Assembly: GCA_964016885.1 (NCBI GenBank)
Contig: OZ024742.1
Span: forward strand, 362,700,001 to 362,764,000
Direction: 5' to 3'
Length of the DNA stretch: 64,000 bases
Source: Eledone cirrhosa
Taxonomy: Eukaryota
The number at the start of each line of letters is the position of its first letter. The stretch's first letter is position 1. The notes under the pieces are model-generated. The model did no database searches. It saw nothing but the letters and a program-made list of their open reading frames with translations, and was not told the origin of the DNA. A program made the position numbers and the translations under genes. Of this stretch, positions 12,562-24,737 are shown in pieces.

Positions 12562-13234
12562 TTATAATCTATAATAACCCACAAATCCTCATTGCACTGT
12601 CAGTGAACACGGTTACGTCGGACGGTTTCATCATTCCCCTCGTATTGCTGGTAGCACGAGGATAACCATGTACGTAGAGTATATCCCGCACTGGTATTAT
12701 TCCATTATAGCACTAAAGACGTTTTGAAATTGTTCATTATTCTCCAGCAGATAATCTTCCGAGTAGTCCATGATAAATACCATCACCAACAACAACAACA
12801 ATCAATAAGTGAGTGCATTAAATCTTAATGTCTTATACAGTATGATACTGGATTATCAAGGTATACTTTAAACGTAAGAAACAGCACTACAACTGAATCA
12901 CATTAAATACTTTACTTTAATGCTACAAATATTCACAAAGATTTGTCCACTAAAAATAAAAAACACACCAAACATTTGAATTAATAAATTCGTATTTGAG
13001 ATATTTTATGTGTTAAGCATATCTTTAAAAAACGGTTAAATTTTCGGATATATAAGCAAAACATGTAACAGTTAGTATACGATCCAACGTTTATTAAATT
13101 AGAATTATCGATTTCTAATAGAAACACAAGGCCAGCTAATTTAGGGGAGGGGCAAAGGTTATTAGATGAATGCCAGTAATTGACTGAGGGTCGAACGACA
13201 TGCTTTGTAGCATAGAGTTACGGCCCTTTATGAT

Positions 13235-13378
13235 CTGATTTCAAATCCCGCCGAGGTTAACTTTGCCTTTCATCCTTACGTGGTCGATAAAATAAAGTAG
13301 CAGTCACGCACTGGGGTCGATTTAATCGACTTTCTCGTCCCCCCAAAATTGCTGACCTTGTGCCTATATAAGATACCA
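13235..13378 (+). mobile_element. tRNA-derived SINE of the same family; further decayed copies at ~13390-13780, 44160-44250, 46230-46385, 48975-49115, 59290-59455
   Basis: ttcaaatcccgccgaggttaactttgcctttcatcc...gtcgataaaataaagt...ggggtcgatttaatcgac. Confidence 0.75.
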
Positions 13379-13898
13379 TTATATTTAATTGACCCCAAAT
13401 TTTAGAAAGGACAAATTGACCTCAGTGAGATTTAAAATCCCAATGAAATGGGGATGCATACAACAGAATGCGTCTCCATTTCTCCAGCTGGACTGGTAGG
13501 GCGCCGTAGTGACATACGGCATTTCAGTGACATTTTAAGCCTGGCTGAGCCCATCCCGCTCCAGACCTGACTACAGCAGATCTCTTGCAGAGAAAGATAG
13601 AAAGTAAAAGAAAGGAAATGAGAAAGAGATATAGAGGAGCTCGGTGGAATTGAAGACAAAGTGGACCTCGGTGGGATTGAAGACAAAGTGGACCTCGGTG
13701 GGATTGAAACTCAGAGAACAGAGAACCGGAACGAATACCAAACACCATTCTATCCGACCTTCTAACCACTCTGCCAAGTCGACGCTTTATACAACTGTAT
13801 AATAGTGTTCAATCAAAAGCAAAAATAAAAAAAAAATACCAAACCAAACAACAAAAAAAAGACAATTACCTGGTCAAAAAATAACAAAAAATGATTAC

Positions 13899-13943
13899 CT
13901 GGTCTAGCCAAACGTTGGTCACTAAAACTTGATTTTTCTCATC
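13899..13943 (-). CDS. 45-bp internal exon of a nicotinic acetylcholine receptor-type (Cys-loop) subunit, DEKNQVLVTNVWLDQ
   Basis: Minus strand reads ttttcag|GAT GAG AAA AAT CAA GTT TTA GTG ACC AAC GTT TGG CTA GAC CAG|gtaat; phase-0 45-nt exon matches the conserved nAChR exon carrying the loop D Trp. Confidence 0.88.
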
Positions 13944-14353
13944 CTGAAAATATATGAAAAAGAAGAGATATTAATATACGTGTCATATAATTGTGGGAAC
14001 ATATCCGGAATTAAATAATTCTAGAATACACGCCATGATACGAAAGAAAATCTAGTCAATACCGTAAAGTGGTTGAATAGATGTCACGATAGAATGCGCG
14101 CAGCCTACATTGTAAGATGGTAGTTTTGGTGCTCTCAGTACACACTGTAAATGTGGTTGGCATTAAGAAGGGCATGCAGTCGTAGAAATCAAGCGAATAT
14201 CAGTTCTGTATGAGCAAGACACAGCCATCAGGGCCGGCTTGCCATCAATGGGCTTACTCGTTTAACCCATGCTAACGCGGAAAAATGGATGTTAAACAGT
14301 GATGAGTGTACATATATATATATGTGTTTATATACACTCATCACTGTTTAAAT

Positions 14354-14483
<130 letters not shown>

Positions 14484-14498
14484 TTATATATGTATATT

Positions 14499-14596
<98 letters not shown>

Positions 14597-14602
14597 TAAT
14601 TT

Positions 14603-15010
14603 AAACATTCACATGACTTCTACCGACCAATCAAAATTGTTTTGACTACAAGAATTTTTGCAACATGAATTGGCGCGAGATTTATAATGCTTATTCACTT
14701 GACATTCAACAACCAACCAAATCTTAATACCTCTGAAGCCACTTTTTTTCACATAAAACAGGAAGAATTTCCAAAACTGATCAGATTAGAGCAAAAATCA
14801 CGAGCGCTCTATCTCAAAATTATTTTTGAAAAGCATTAGAAATGCGCAACGGGTGAACACTTAAAACTAAAACAGAACAATAACTAAGACTTATTACCAA
14901 CTTATACTTATTCCTAATTAAACTATTTTCCACTGGGAAAAATTTGTCAGCACTTTCTTTTCCTTTTTACTAATATATCACAACTCGTGTGTCACACCTC
15001 TATTTTTTAA
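14603..15010 (+). mobile_element. Solo pLTR of the Neptune-like PLE family at 34-39 kb
   Basis: Homologous to ~38960-39290, flanked by (TA)n, keeps an extra tail (tcacaactcgtgtgtcacacctc). Confidence 0.75.
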
Positions 15011-15351
15011 ATATATATATATATGGGATAACAAATTATCGTTATAGGTAATCCCGTTACAGGTTGTGAGTACTCCGTATTGTGATAGTTTTAACGTACA
15101 GCGTTGTTTGACTCAACAAGATATTTCCTTAGGTAGCGAGTTTGCGAGTTCTCGGGAATTCCTATGCAAGTTAATCTTGGAGTAATAATAGTGAAAGAGT
15201 AAAGAATAACACGGTCAACAGTACAAAGAGGCTTTTATTTATAGTATTAACAATTGTTTCATTGATTAAGTTGTCTAAAAATTGCTAATCACTTGAGGTT
15301 GTGTCACTCAATTTTAAATACAATGTATGCTTAAACAAATCATCGGAAAAA

Positions 15352-15390
<39 letters not shown>

Positions 15391-15392
<2 letters not shown>

Positions 15393-15710
15393 CAAAGAGG
15401 GTGTGGTAAGATATCAGGTGGACCATAACGCACCAGAGTACTCGATACTTGGGGTAGTAGAGTGGGTAATTCAGGACCCCGACGGCTGAGCTCCGGTCAT
15501 TTCTACGGCTAGATCCGAACTACCGAACTAACCCCCCAGTATTAGAACGGCGAATCTAGCTGAACTTATCAATGGGTACAGTTCATATATGGGCATGCAT
15601 GTCAAAGCCAAAAAAAAAAAAAAAGCAAAAACCTCGAAGAAAAGAAACATAAAAGTTTCTTGTTTGTCACGGGGAGCGGTCAGTGATCTGGAATGTCGTC
15701 TAGTTTATTA
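15391..15710 (-). mobile_element. PLE pLTR-type repeat; same family at 29050-29262 (+), 41116-41320 and 63838-64000
   Basis: Shared cccgacggctgagctc / tattacccactctactacc / ttatggtccacctg motifs; adjoins (TA)n; the 29165-29240 copy has CTGATAA...GAAA-CGGCCG, a degenerate hammerhead. Confidence 0.65.
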
Positions 15711-17293
15711 CCTTTAAGGCGACGGGGGCTAAATAGGCTGGAATTCAAGGCGGAAGGAGCAAGAAAGTGGACTGACCTGAGAATGGCAAGCCACTCAGGC
15801 GTGCACTCACGGCATTAAGAGAGATTTTATCCTATACAACTATCTATAATCTGTAGAAACAGTAAACTTTAATTCAAAGGGATAAAAAACAAACAAGAAA
15901 AAACAAATATTTTCGGCGTGTATAAGTCGAAGAGGGTAGCGTGGAGTGTTTATGTTAAGTTTGACTTATCTAACATTTGGCTAAAAAGCCAAGCATTTAT
16001 ATTTTATTACTAATTCAGCTCCTGATAAAGAAATCTAGTTATCAATTACTCTGAGGCACAGTAATTTACTTATTTTTTCTTTTATTTTCAAACACCCCAA
16101 ACTCTACCTCTGTCTTAAAAAGAGTACTCATCATCTCTTCTCTAGTACTGTTGTAAATTAGCCAAGATTCTGTAGCAGAGTAAATTCTCAAAAAGCCTGA
16201 AAATGTCAATTTAACATGTATTTCAGAGCTATTGGCAAACATTAGCAAAAGGAAAAAAACATTGAAGGTTGGGTAATAGGTTTCTTTAACAGGTCAGGTG
16301 CTATAGTTAGTGGCGGTGCTTAGACGCTAGTGTCATATAAGTTCATATGCCGATACGCGTTGACTCTGTATACCGTGCTCTCCATATCAGCTGTCTGGTA
16401 ATGCCTACGAGTAAATTTGTGCATCTTGCTTAAACTATGAGTAATATGTCTAGTAAGGTGTCACGGCTATCTGTTTGGCCGGTTCTATCTGTTTGGCCGG
16501 TTCTATGTACCAAGATGGCGACAAGGAAGGTCGCTTGACCACGTCTTGACCAAACAAAATATAATATTTTCACCAAAAACTGCCCTTTAAACACATGTCA
16601 GATGGATTACAATATTCATTATTACAATTACTCTGACTGTTCCCTGACAACTAGTACCAGCTTCAACATAGAATTATTTTAACGAAGTATATTTAATTTG
16701 ACTTGATTTTCGCCAACAAACCACGTGTGGACATGGACGGGGAAAAAGGGAAAAAAACAAACAAATCACTACATCCCTTAGGGATCCCAGTAAGTACTTC
16801 ACAAAACATATAAACAACAATATACACACAGATTTATATACAGATATATACCATATGCATATACACACACGTGAAAAGAAACCACACAATTTCGTGTGAG
16901 ACACTATACCGGCCAATCTTACGTACATTGGTAAAATATCTCTGAACATTGACTTCGCTTCTAACCCAGATACACCTTTTAATTATATATATATACTAGC
17001 AGCTGAAAGTTAATAATTTGAAAAATATTATTGAAAGTTTATTATAAAGAAGCAGTATCAGGAAAAAAAACGTTATTTCGCTGTTCATAAACTGTTGCCT
17101 TCTACAGTACGTTTCATTTAACTTACGCAGCATATTTATTTATTTACATGCACAGACTCTTCTGTACACACACAACATTTAGGAAAATGGAAACAAAATA
17201 CACAAAAAAAAACAAAACAAAAAACAGACATTTTATTTCTATCATAATCAAGTGTGCTAAACCTATATTGTTTACATTCTGTGTTTTTCTACG

Positions 17294-18528
17294 GATGGGA
17301 AGAAATAACAAAATTGCCATGGTGATATCCATCGATGAAGTATGCGACAAAACTGGTCGATGTTCCAAAATAGAACATTGCCCAGAAAACCACATCTGCC
17401 ATATCTGTGCGGAACCCGAAAACTCGCTCCGTAATCGCTGGGTCGAATGTGGAACCTGTCACATCTCTGTCTGCCTTCAATGCGCCACAGGCTTCCGGAG
17501 GATCCAAGGCCAAAAAAAGAGACATCATAATGCTATGATGGATGGAATCTGGGAGATGGTCCAGCTAAAATCCTGGTCCTTTCAGTGCCGGGCCTGTGTG
17601 CCTGCCTCCACTAATGTTATTGAAAAACAACAACAACAACAACAAAAACCTATGACTGTATCTTCCTCTACGATTGTTACTGAACAACGGCAAAAACCTA
17701 TGACACTGACTTCTACTGCTATTCCTGTGGGAGAACATCAGAAACAACAACAACCCATGTCTTCCGCTCCCAGTGCATCTCGACACCAACAACCCAGAAC
17801 TGTGTCTTCCCCTACCATTCCCTTCGAGGAACATCATCATCACCAACAACAACAACAACAACAGCAACAGCAGCAGCAACAACAACAACAACCGACCAGT
17901 ACAGATTTTGCAGAATTGCAACTAATGATTTCTGCTTTAAGAAGGGAAGTAACATGAATAAAGGCAAGCATTCGGGTAGGACCCCACAATGAGGTGTCAT
18001 CGGAATGCCTTGCTAAAGAATCTCCGTGTACCTCTTGCCGTATCTGGCCACACTGAAAAGACTGCGAAATCTGCTACCCATGAAGTGATTGCCATTGGGG
18101 TACCAGAGGACAAGGCTGATCTTCAGGCATTTGCTGCCAGCTCAGCCAAAGACCTAGGCTGTGTTCCCCCAAAGGGTGCTTTCCGCCTTGGTCGACCTGG
18201 TCCAAAACCCAGACTCATCAGGCTGTCTTTTTCGGACCCCGCTGAGGCAACCTCATACCATCTGGCCTCTGTTAAAGCTGGGCGTGAAAATCGGATTACC
18301 TTCCGAACACGCCCAGGCCTACCACCTCATGTACGTCCAAAGCTCCGTGCTGCAGCTTCCTTGAATCGGAACTCAGCACAACATGAAAGTTTTAGTCTGC
18401 GTGAAGATGGGCAGATCTGTAGGTTTGTCAAGGCTGGTGAAACGTGGAAGAGAGATACCAGCTGGTCTGAGTGTGATCTACCCACAATAACTGGCAATGT
18501 AAAAACTGCTACAACTCTGGGAAACTAA
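17294..18528 (+). pseudogene. CR1 ORF1 (PHD-like finger, poly-Q, C-terminal L1-ORF1-like region), disrupted near 17957
   Basis: CHIC...WVECGTC..VCLQC...FQCRAC; VIAIGVPE...AFRLGRPGPKPRLIRLSF. Confidence 0.7.
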
Positions 18529-18584
18529 ACCAGAACAACCTGCCACCCTCTACACACCATCATAAACTGCGAGCAGAGTACAAA

Positions 18585-21343
18585 TTGTTGTCCTTAAATG
18601 CTCGCAGTTTATGCAACAAGATACATCTGTTTGAATCCTACGTCAGAAGCATGGACCCTGACTTCATCACAGTCACAGAAACATGGGTACATTCCTTACT
18701 CTGTGATGGGGTTTTCAGCATTACTGGGTACAACCTTTTCCGCAAGGACCGCATTAATCGCCATGGTGGTGGTGTGATGGTCTACGTTCGTTCAAACTTT
18801 TCGCTAATTCCTTGCGTTGATTTGAACGAATCACAGGAAGAAGTTTTTTTCTGTGACATACGTATGACCATGTCAACACTTCTGCCTGGTGTTGTTTATC
18901 GCCCCCCAAACTACCATCAGGACACACAGCTTTGCGATATCCTCAGAGTTGCTGCCAAGAAAACAGCCACTTATGTGTTTATTGCAGGTGACTTCAATCA
19001 TCCTGAGATCGATTGGGAAACCTTTCGTTGGCCACAAGGTGCAAACGATTTCATTGAACTAGTGCTGGACTCAAACTGGTCACAAGTAGTCACCTCTCCA
19101 ACAAGAGGTGACAACACTTTGGACCTGATCTTCACCACTACTCCTGAAGTGGTTATCAGTTGTACTACTGAGAAACCTCTAGGCGACTCTGATCATGCTA
19201 TGATCATTGCCAATCTGGCACTTGAGGGCAGCAACAAAAACCAGAGCCATCTCCAATCTGCTTGCTTTGATTGGAAGAGGGCGGATTGGAACTTGTGCTG
19301 CACTGAGCTACAGCGCCCAAACTGGCATGAGATGTATAACTCTGGAGATGTGAACACTATACTCCAGAGCATCCTAGACTCAATATGGATAGCGTGTGCA
19401 GCATCGGTGCCACGTAAGCGGAAAAATAACCACCCCAAAAGTGCAATTTGGGAAACTTCAGCGGTCCGACTTGCCAGGAAAGAACGTCGGAACGCTGAAC
19501 GGGAATATAAACTGCATAAATCAGATGCCAACAGAAAGAAGCGGAATAAATCTTCTAACCATCTCAAGCAAGTGACAAAGAAGGCAGTGCTTGAATTTGA
19601 ACAGTGCATAGCAACCAATCCTGACAGTAAGGGGTTCTGGAAATATGTTCATTCAAAGCAGAGATCTCACTCTCCAGTTGGTCCTCTTCGCAATCCCCAC
19701 ACAAGCCAGATCACTGACGATCCCAAAGAATGCGCAGAACTCATTGCTGAGTGATATGCAAGTATTTTTACTGTTGAAAACCAGAATGTACCATCTCCAC
19801 AATCTCTAACATCAAATTCCATAACAACTATGGAATTTACACCTGCAATGTTGCGACGTCACCTTAAGAATAAGCGTAACTATGCCTCCCTTGGTCTTGA
19901 TGATGTGACATACCTGCTTCTCAAACGTGGCGGGTATTTCTTTTTGCGCCAGCTTTCTTTCTTCTTTCAATACTGTCTCAACAATGGTGCTACTCCGGAG
20001 CAGTGGAAAACTGCCAGTGTCATTCCCCTGTTCAAAAAGGGCAACCGCATGTCACCTGTCAACTATCGTCCAGTCAGTCTTACTAGCTGTATGGCCAAAC
20101 TGATGGAATCCTGTGTCAGAGAAATACTTTGGAACTTCTGGAGCTCTCACAGCCTCATCCGGCCCTCACAGTTTGGATTTATCCCTAACTCCAGCTGCTG
20201 TGATCAGCTTATCGAGTTCCTTGAAGACATCACCCGGATCACTGACAGCGGCTCATGGATGGATGTTGTTTACCTTGACTTTGCTAAGGCTTTTAATTCT
20301 GTGCCACACAAAAGACTTATGGCAAAACTCTCTGCAATGGGTGTGAGGGATGATCTTTTCGACTGGTTGAAATCCTTCATTCTCAGCCGAAAAGAAGTAG
20401 TCACGGTTCTAGGACAGCATTCTTCACCATATGAGATGTCATCTGGTGTACCACAGGGATCTGTTCTTGGTCCCCTTTTGTTTGTGGCATATATTAATGA
20501 CGTAGATGCCAACTTACAAAATGCCACGGTACTGAAATATGCAGATGACTTCAAGCTGTACCTTGAAATCAAAAAACCTGATTCTGAAATTTACAACTCT
20601 TTCCTACAATCAGACCTGGACACAATGCAGCAATGGATCACAGACTGGCAACTGAAGCTGGCTGTGGACAAGTGTACCACCATGCATTTTGGAAGGAACA
20701 ATCCACATACTCCCCCTACAACACTGATATCAAGAAGTCCTCTTGTGAACGTGACCTGGGCATTACTGTCAGCAGCGATTTGCGTTGGACAAAGCATGTC
20801 TCTAAGATTGTCAAGAAGGCCGAGGGTGTCTTGGCATCACTCAGCAAGATCTTTGTTAGCCGCTCTCCAGCCATCTATTTAAAACTGTATACAGCTATGG
20901 TACGACCACACTTGGAATTCGCATCATCAGTCTGGAACCCCTATCTTGCTCAGAACATTGACCTCCTGGAAACTGTTCAGAGACGTGCAACCAAGCGCAT
21001 ACCCTCCATCAGACACCTACCATACTCTGAACGCCTTGCATCCCTGGGCATGGATTCATTGAAGCTCCGACGTCTGGCAATGGACTTGGTGAATACCCAC
21101 AAAGTTATTAACCATCTCGCCAATTGCAACCCTGAGCACCTTTTTGATCTCCATGTGTCTAACACACGTGGACATGACTACAAAATCAGAAAACAACACA
21201 GCTCCCATGACTTTCGAAGACATTTTTTCACGCTCAGAGTTGCTGAAGCATGGAACAAACTGCCTGCGTCAGTTGTTAGCTGCCGAGACACTGCATCCTT
21301 TAAGACACTCATGCTTCCCGAAATACGCCAAAACTACACCTGA
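18585..21343 (+). pseudogene. CR1 ORF2 (APE endonuclease + RT), stop at ~19752 and frameshift near 20720
   Basis: LNARSL, VTETW, GDFNHP, SDH; NYRPVSLTS, YLDFAKAF, GVPQGSVLGPLLF, YADD; VRPHLEF..VWNPY, VQRRATK. Confidence 0.9.
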
Positions 21344-21505
21344 TGTACCCCTTCCATACACATGCACACATGTGTGTATCATGACTCGTGCACTGTTCAT
21401 TTTACTGATGTTTGTGAATTTCCCTATGTACTGTACATGCACTTTTTGATGAGTTGTGGTGCACCTGGGCACTGTACACAATATTTCATTATTATTATTA
21501 TTATT

Positions 21506-22357
21506 CGTACTTGGGGAAACTCTAGGCGTCGACGAAAATCAACTAGCCAATCTCTTCGGAAGAACTTTCGGGCCAGGGCCTATGGACAACTTCCAGAAAT
21601 CTCTGGCCTGGCAGTGCTACCGAGGAGCCTTGCCAGTTCGGGATAAACTCTACAGGCATGGAGGTGCCGTCAGCCGGGCATGTCCGAGATGCGCGCAGGG
21701 CGACGAAACCGTCCTGCACGCACTCGTCCAGTGTCCGAAAATTTCTGACTTGTGGGTTTATGTCGAACACCTGCTGTCGCGTTTAGGACGGATCCAGCTA
21801 TCATCTGAGTCCATCGTGAGGATTGCCCCGCCCTCCTCCTTTAGCCGGGAAGGGCAGGCAGTTTTTATCTGTCTGGTGACCATGGCGAAAGAGATAGTAT
21901 GGTGGACACGTTTGAAAGGGCTGAAGACGAGCACTTACCTCTTCGGTGATGCTCTGATTGACTTTTTCAAATTTCATTTGAAAAGGAAAATCAGAGTAGA
22001 GAGGGAAGTGCTCTCTTCCCAGCATTTTGTTGAAAGATGGGTGAGAGAAGCAAGAATGGCCCGAGTGAATGGGCCTACTCTGAGTATATATCTGTAAATT
22101 AAAGGTGGAAAACTGGGAGAGGGCACTTGCCTTGGTGGTCAGGGTCATTGTGGCTTTTTACTGGGCTTTCTCCACAAATGTCCCTCCGAAGTCTCCCCCC
22201 TATTGGGGAATTTTTCATTGTTATTTTCATTGTTATTTTTTGTTACATCCTCTGTTTTTGTTTTTTACACGCAGAAATGCCCATTTGTACCGTCCTGCAT
22301 TGTCCTGCACTGTCCTTAATGTCTACTTTATGTAAACCCTTGTGGTTAATAAAGAAA

Positions 22358-22392
<35 letters not shown>
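21506..22392 (+). mobile_element. 5'-truncated Tx1 copy, nearly identical to 27565-28470
   Basis: Sequence match with only a few substitutions; (ATT)n on both sides. Confidence 0.95.
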
Positions 22393-22605
22393 GAATGCCA
22401 TGGTTGACGGAGGCTCGGCTCTGTAAGGTATAGTAATTTTTAACCGTTAAAACAATTGTAAAGTGTTTAAAACTTGAACCAAATTGTTGATAAAGACACC
22501 CCCCTCCTCGTGAGAGGGGTCTTTCTGTCCGTTATTTGGCCCTTCGGGGTTAAATAACCAGTTATTGGGGTTGTGTACCCAAAATTTCATTTTAAACAAA
22601 AAAAC

Positions 22606-24702
22606 ATGGCTACGAAAAAGAAATTTCATACGTCACTCCCACTCATTCCGTCTTCTTCTTCCTCAATCATCACTACAGCAGAGAGAAGATTGTCTCTCTC
22701 CCTCCCTTCTTTAAATGTGTCTCTCTCCCTCCCTTCTCTTTCGCAAGCGACGAAAGAAAAGAAAAGTCTCGTGCAAAGCGTGCAAGGTTTCTCCACGACG
22801 ACGACGACAGCGACGAAACAGGTGTGCGGGAAATACGAAAACCCAGTTCATTCGTCTGACGTCAGGAATAATAGCAGTAGCAGCCGTAATAACAACAGCA
22901 ACAGTGACAATGAAAACAACAGTAGCAGCCGCAACAGCATCACCAGCAGCATAAACAACAACAGCATTAGCAGCAGCAACACCAACAACAACCACAGCAA
23001 CAGCGGCGGAGGCAGTAGTCGTAGTACCTGCAGCAACAACAAAAGTACCAGCAGCTCTGACGACAACAACAACAGCAGAGAAAAACCAATCTCATTTGCA
23101 GGTATTGCGAAAAACCTGGAAACAATCCTCATAACAAATGAGGAATTAGAGGAAGCGAAGAAGATGGTGACAAAGAACGGACACCGAGCAATCTGCAAGG
23201 CAGCGAAAAATTTTTTCGAAACCCAAGAGCACTGTACGGTCACGTACCGTACAGTAAGTACAAAATCCCGTAGGGTGGAAAGAGCCACAGAGGCCCAAAT
23301 ACAAAAAGCCTTGGGGTCTGTGTGGCAGAGGAAAACGCACATCACCCGAGGCAAAAAATACGCCACCGTAGACGTACTTTTTGCCACACCCCAGGAGGCA
23401 AAGGCCCAATCAGTAGTGACCCTAAGGAGCGAGGAAATGGTGTTGGTGCCCTCCTACTGCGGGCAAAAAATTGTGAGGGTCAAACTGACCCACGTCCCCC
23501 CCGGAATGACCCCTTCTTGGCTGGCCGCGTCTGTCCTCGTCGGAATCGAGGACAAAACAACTGTACTGCAAGTACAGAAAAAAGTAAGAGAAGATTGGGT
23601 CGGCTCCTCCATTGAGATGCTAATCCAAACCAACCAGGAGTGCATCGAAGCTATCCCGGATGTGATAGACTTCGATAACGGCACTCAACTGCCCATAAGT
23701 GTTGAGGGCAAACGCCCGAAATGCTTTCGCTGTGGATCGAAGACTCACCTCAGGGCCTTCTGCAACGAGAAGACCCTGAGAAAGGAGAAAACCCCCCTCC
23801 TCCCGAATCCGGTTCCACGGCTACCAGCAACAGGACAAGCGGCAACCAGGAACGATAGGTCCGTGGCACCCATACCCACTCCACGGAAATCAAAGACAGC
23901 AGCAGCAGTGGAAATATTAACAACAACAACAGCAATACCAAATGCAGCTGCAACAGAGACTCCAGTGCAAACATCACCAACAACAACAAGTGAAAGAGTG
24001 GAGCTGGTACCCCTCCCCGACCTTACAGAATCAGACATGGAGTGTGAGGTGGGAGAGGGATGGCAAAAGGTCTCAAGAAGGCACAAACGCAGAAGCAGCG
24101 CATCGTCGCCTTTGAAAAGGGAGGAAAGAAATGAGAAAAGGGTAAAGTCTACTGCAAAGAGACCCACAGCAGCAACACCACCAACACCATCACCACCCAC
24201 ACCAGCACCACCATCACCACCGGCGACAACCCCACCGCCAACAACACCTTCAACACCACCACCACAAGCACCAACATCGCAAACACAACAACAAAACACA
24301 CACACCCAGCAACAACGACAAGAAAATAGCAGAACCACACCCCACCCCCAGAAAAACAAATGCACGGCAATAAACACACACAACAAGAAACTAATGACTT
24401 ACATAATTGAACACACAGACATTTCACAACAGGACTACATAATACCAGCACCAATCAAAACGCCAACTAACATAAGACTGCTAAAAATAGCACAGAAACA
24501 ATACACAAACATTAAAACGAAATTCCCCAACGCAGTTGGTGATTTCAGGGACCTAGGAGGAACCATTAATCGAAGAGTATATTCAGACATTCTCTTAGAA
24601 GAGCCGACGACCAGCCGAAGGGACGATTCAACGGTCCCTTCACCAGACGATCAAGTGAAAAGGGATGTAAAAACCATCCCTCCTCTACCAAAAATACGGT
24701 AA
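22606..24702 (+). CDS. Tx1 ORF1 (gag-like nucleic-acid-binding protein with CCHC zinc knuckle)
   Basis: First ATG at 22606; CFRCGSKTHLRAFC (CX2CX4HX4C); S/N- and P/T-rich linkers; basic GWQKVSRRHKRR. Confidence 0.9.
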   Translation: MATKKKFHTSLPLIPSSSSSIITTAERRLSLSLPSLNVSLSLPSLSQATKEKKSLVQSVQGFSTTTTTATKQVCGKYENPVHSSDVRNNSSSSRNNNSNSDNENNSSSRNSITSSINNNSISSSNTNNNHSNSGGGSSRSTCSNNKSTSSSDDNNNSREKPISFAGIAKNLETILITNEELEEAKKMVTKNGHRAICKAAKNFFETQEHCTVTYRTVSTKSRRVERATEAQIQKALGSVWQRKTHITRGKKYATVDVLFATPQEAKAQSVVTLRSEEMVLVPSYCGQKIVRVKLTHVPPGMTPSWLAASVLVGIEDKTTVLQVQKKVREDWVGSSIEMLIQTNQECIEAIPDVIDFDNGTQLPISVEGKRPKCFRCGSKTHLRAFCNEKTLRKEKTPLLPNPVPRLPATGQAATRNDRSVAPIPTPRKSKTAAAVEILTTTTAIPNAAATETPVQTSPTTTSERVELVPLPDLTESDMECEVGEGWQKVSRRHKRRSSASSPLKREERNEKRVKSTAKRPTAATPPTPSPPTPAPPSPPATTPPPTTPSTPPPQAPTSQTQQQNTHTQQQRQENSRTTPHPQKNKCTAINTHNKKLMTYIIEHTDISQQDYIIPAPIKTPTNIRLLKIAQKQYTNIKTKFPNAVGDFRDLGGTINRRVYSDILLEEPTTSRRDDSTVPSPDDQVKRDVKTIPPLPKIR

Positions 24703-24737
24703 GTGGTCTTTCCCATCTTTTCCACTCTATTTTAAAC

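Larger units (their letters stand above)
17150..21505 (+). mobile_element. CR1-clade LINE, near full length, inactivated; (ATT)n tail
   Basis: PHD-like ORF1, APE-RT ORF2, 3' UTR ending tttcattattattatt. Confidence 0.88.

Noticed and set aside
13235-13260. tRNA genes at B-box-like GTTCAAATCC motifs
   Set aside because: They are SINE heads lacking a cloverleaf and are followed by the SINE core.
13640-13710. Three 27-bp tandem repeats
   Set aside because: Local duplication inside a decayed SINE body.
16040-17000. Possible exon or DNA-transposon remnant (short ORF, 18-bp tandem duplication, caagatggcg motif)
   Set aside because: No recognisable protein motif, terminal repeats or target duplication.
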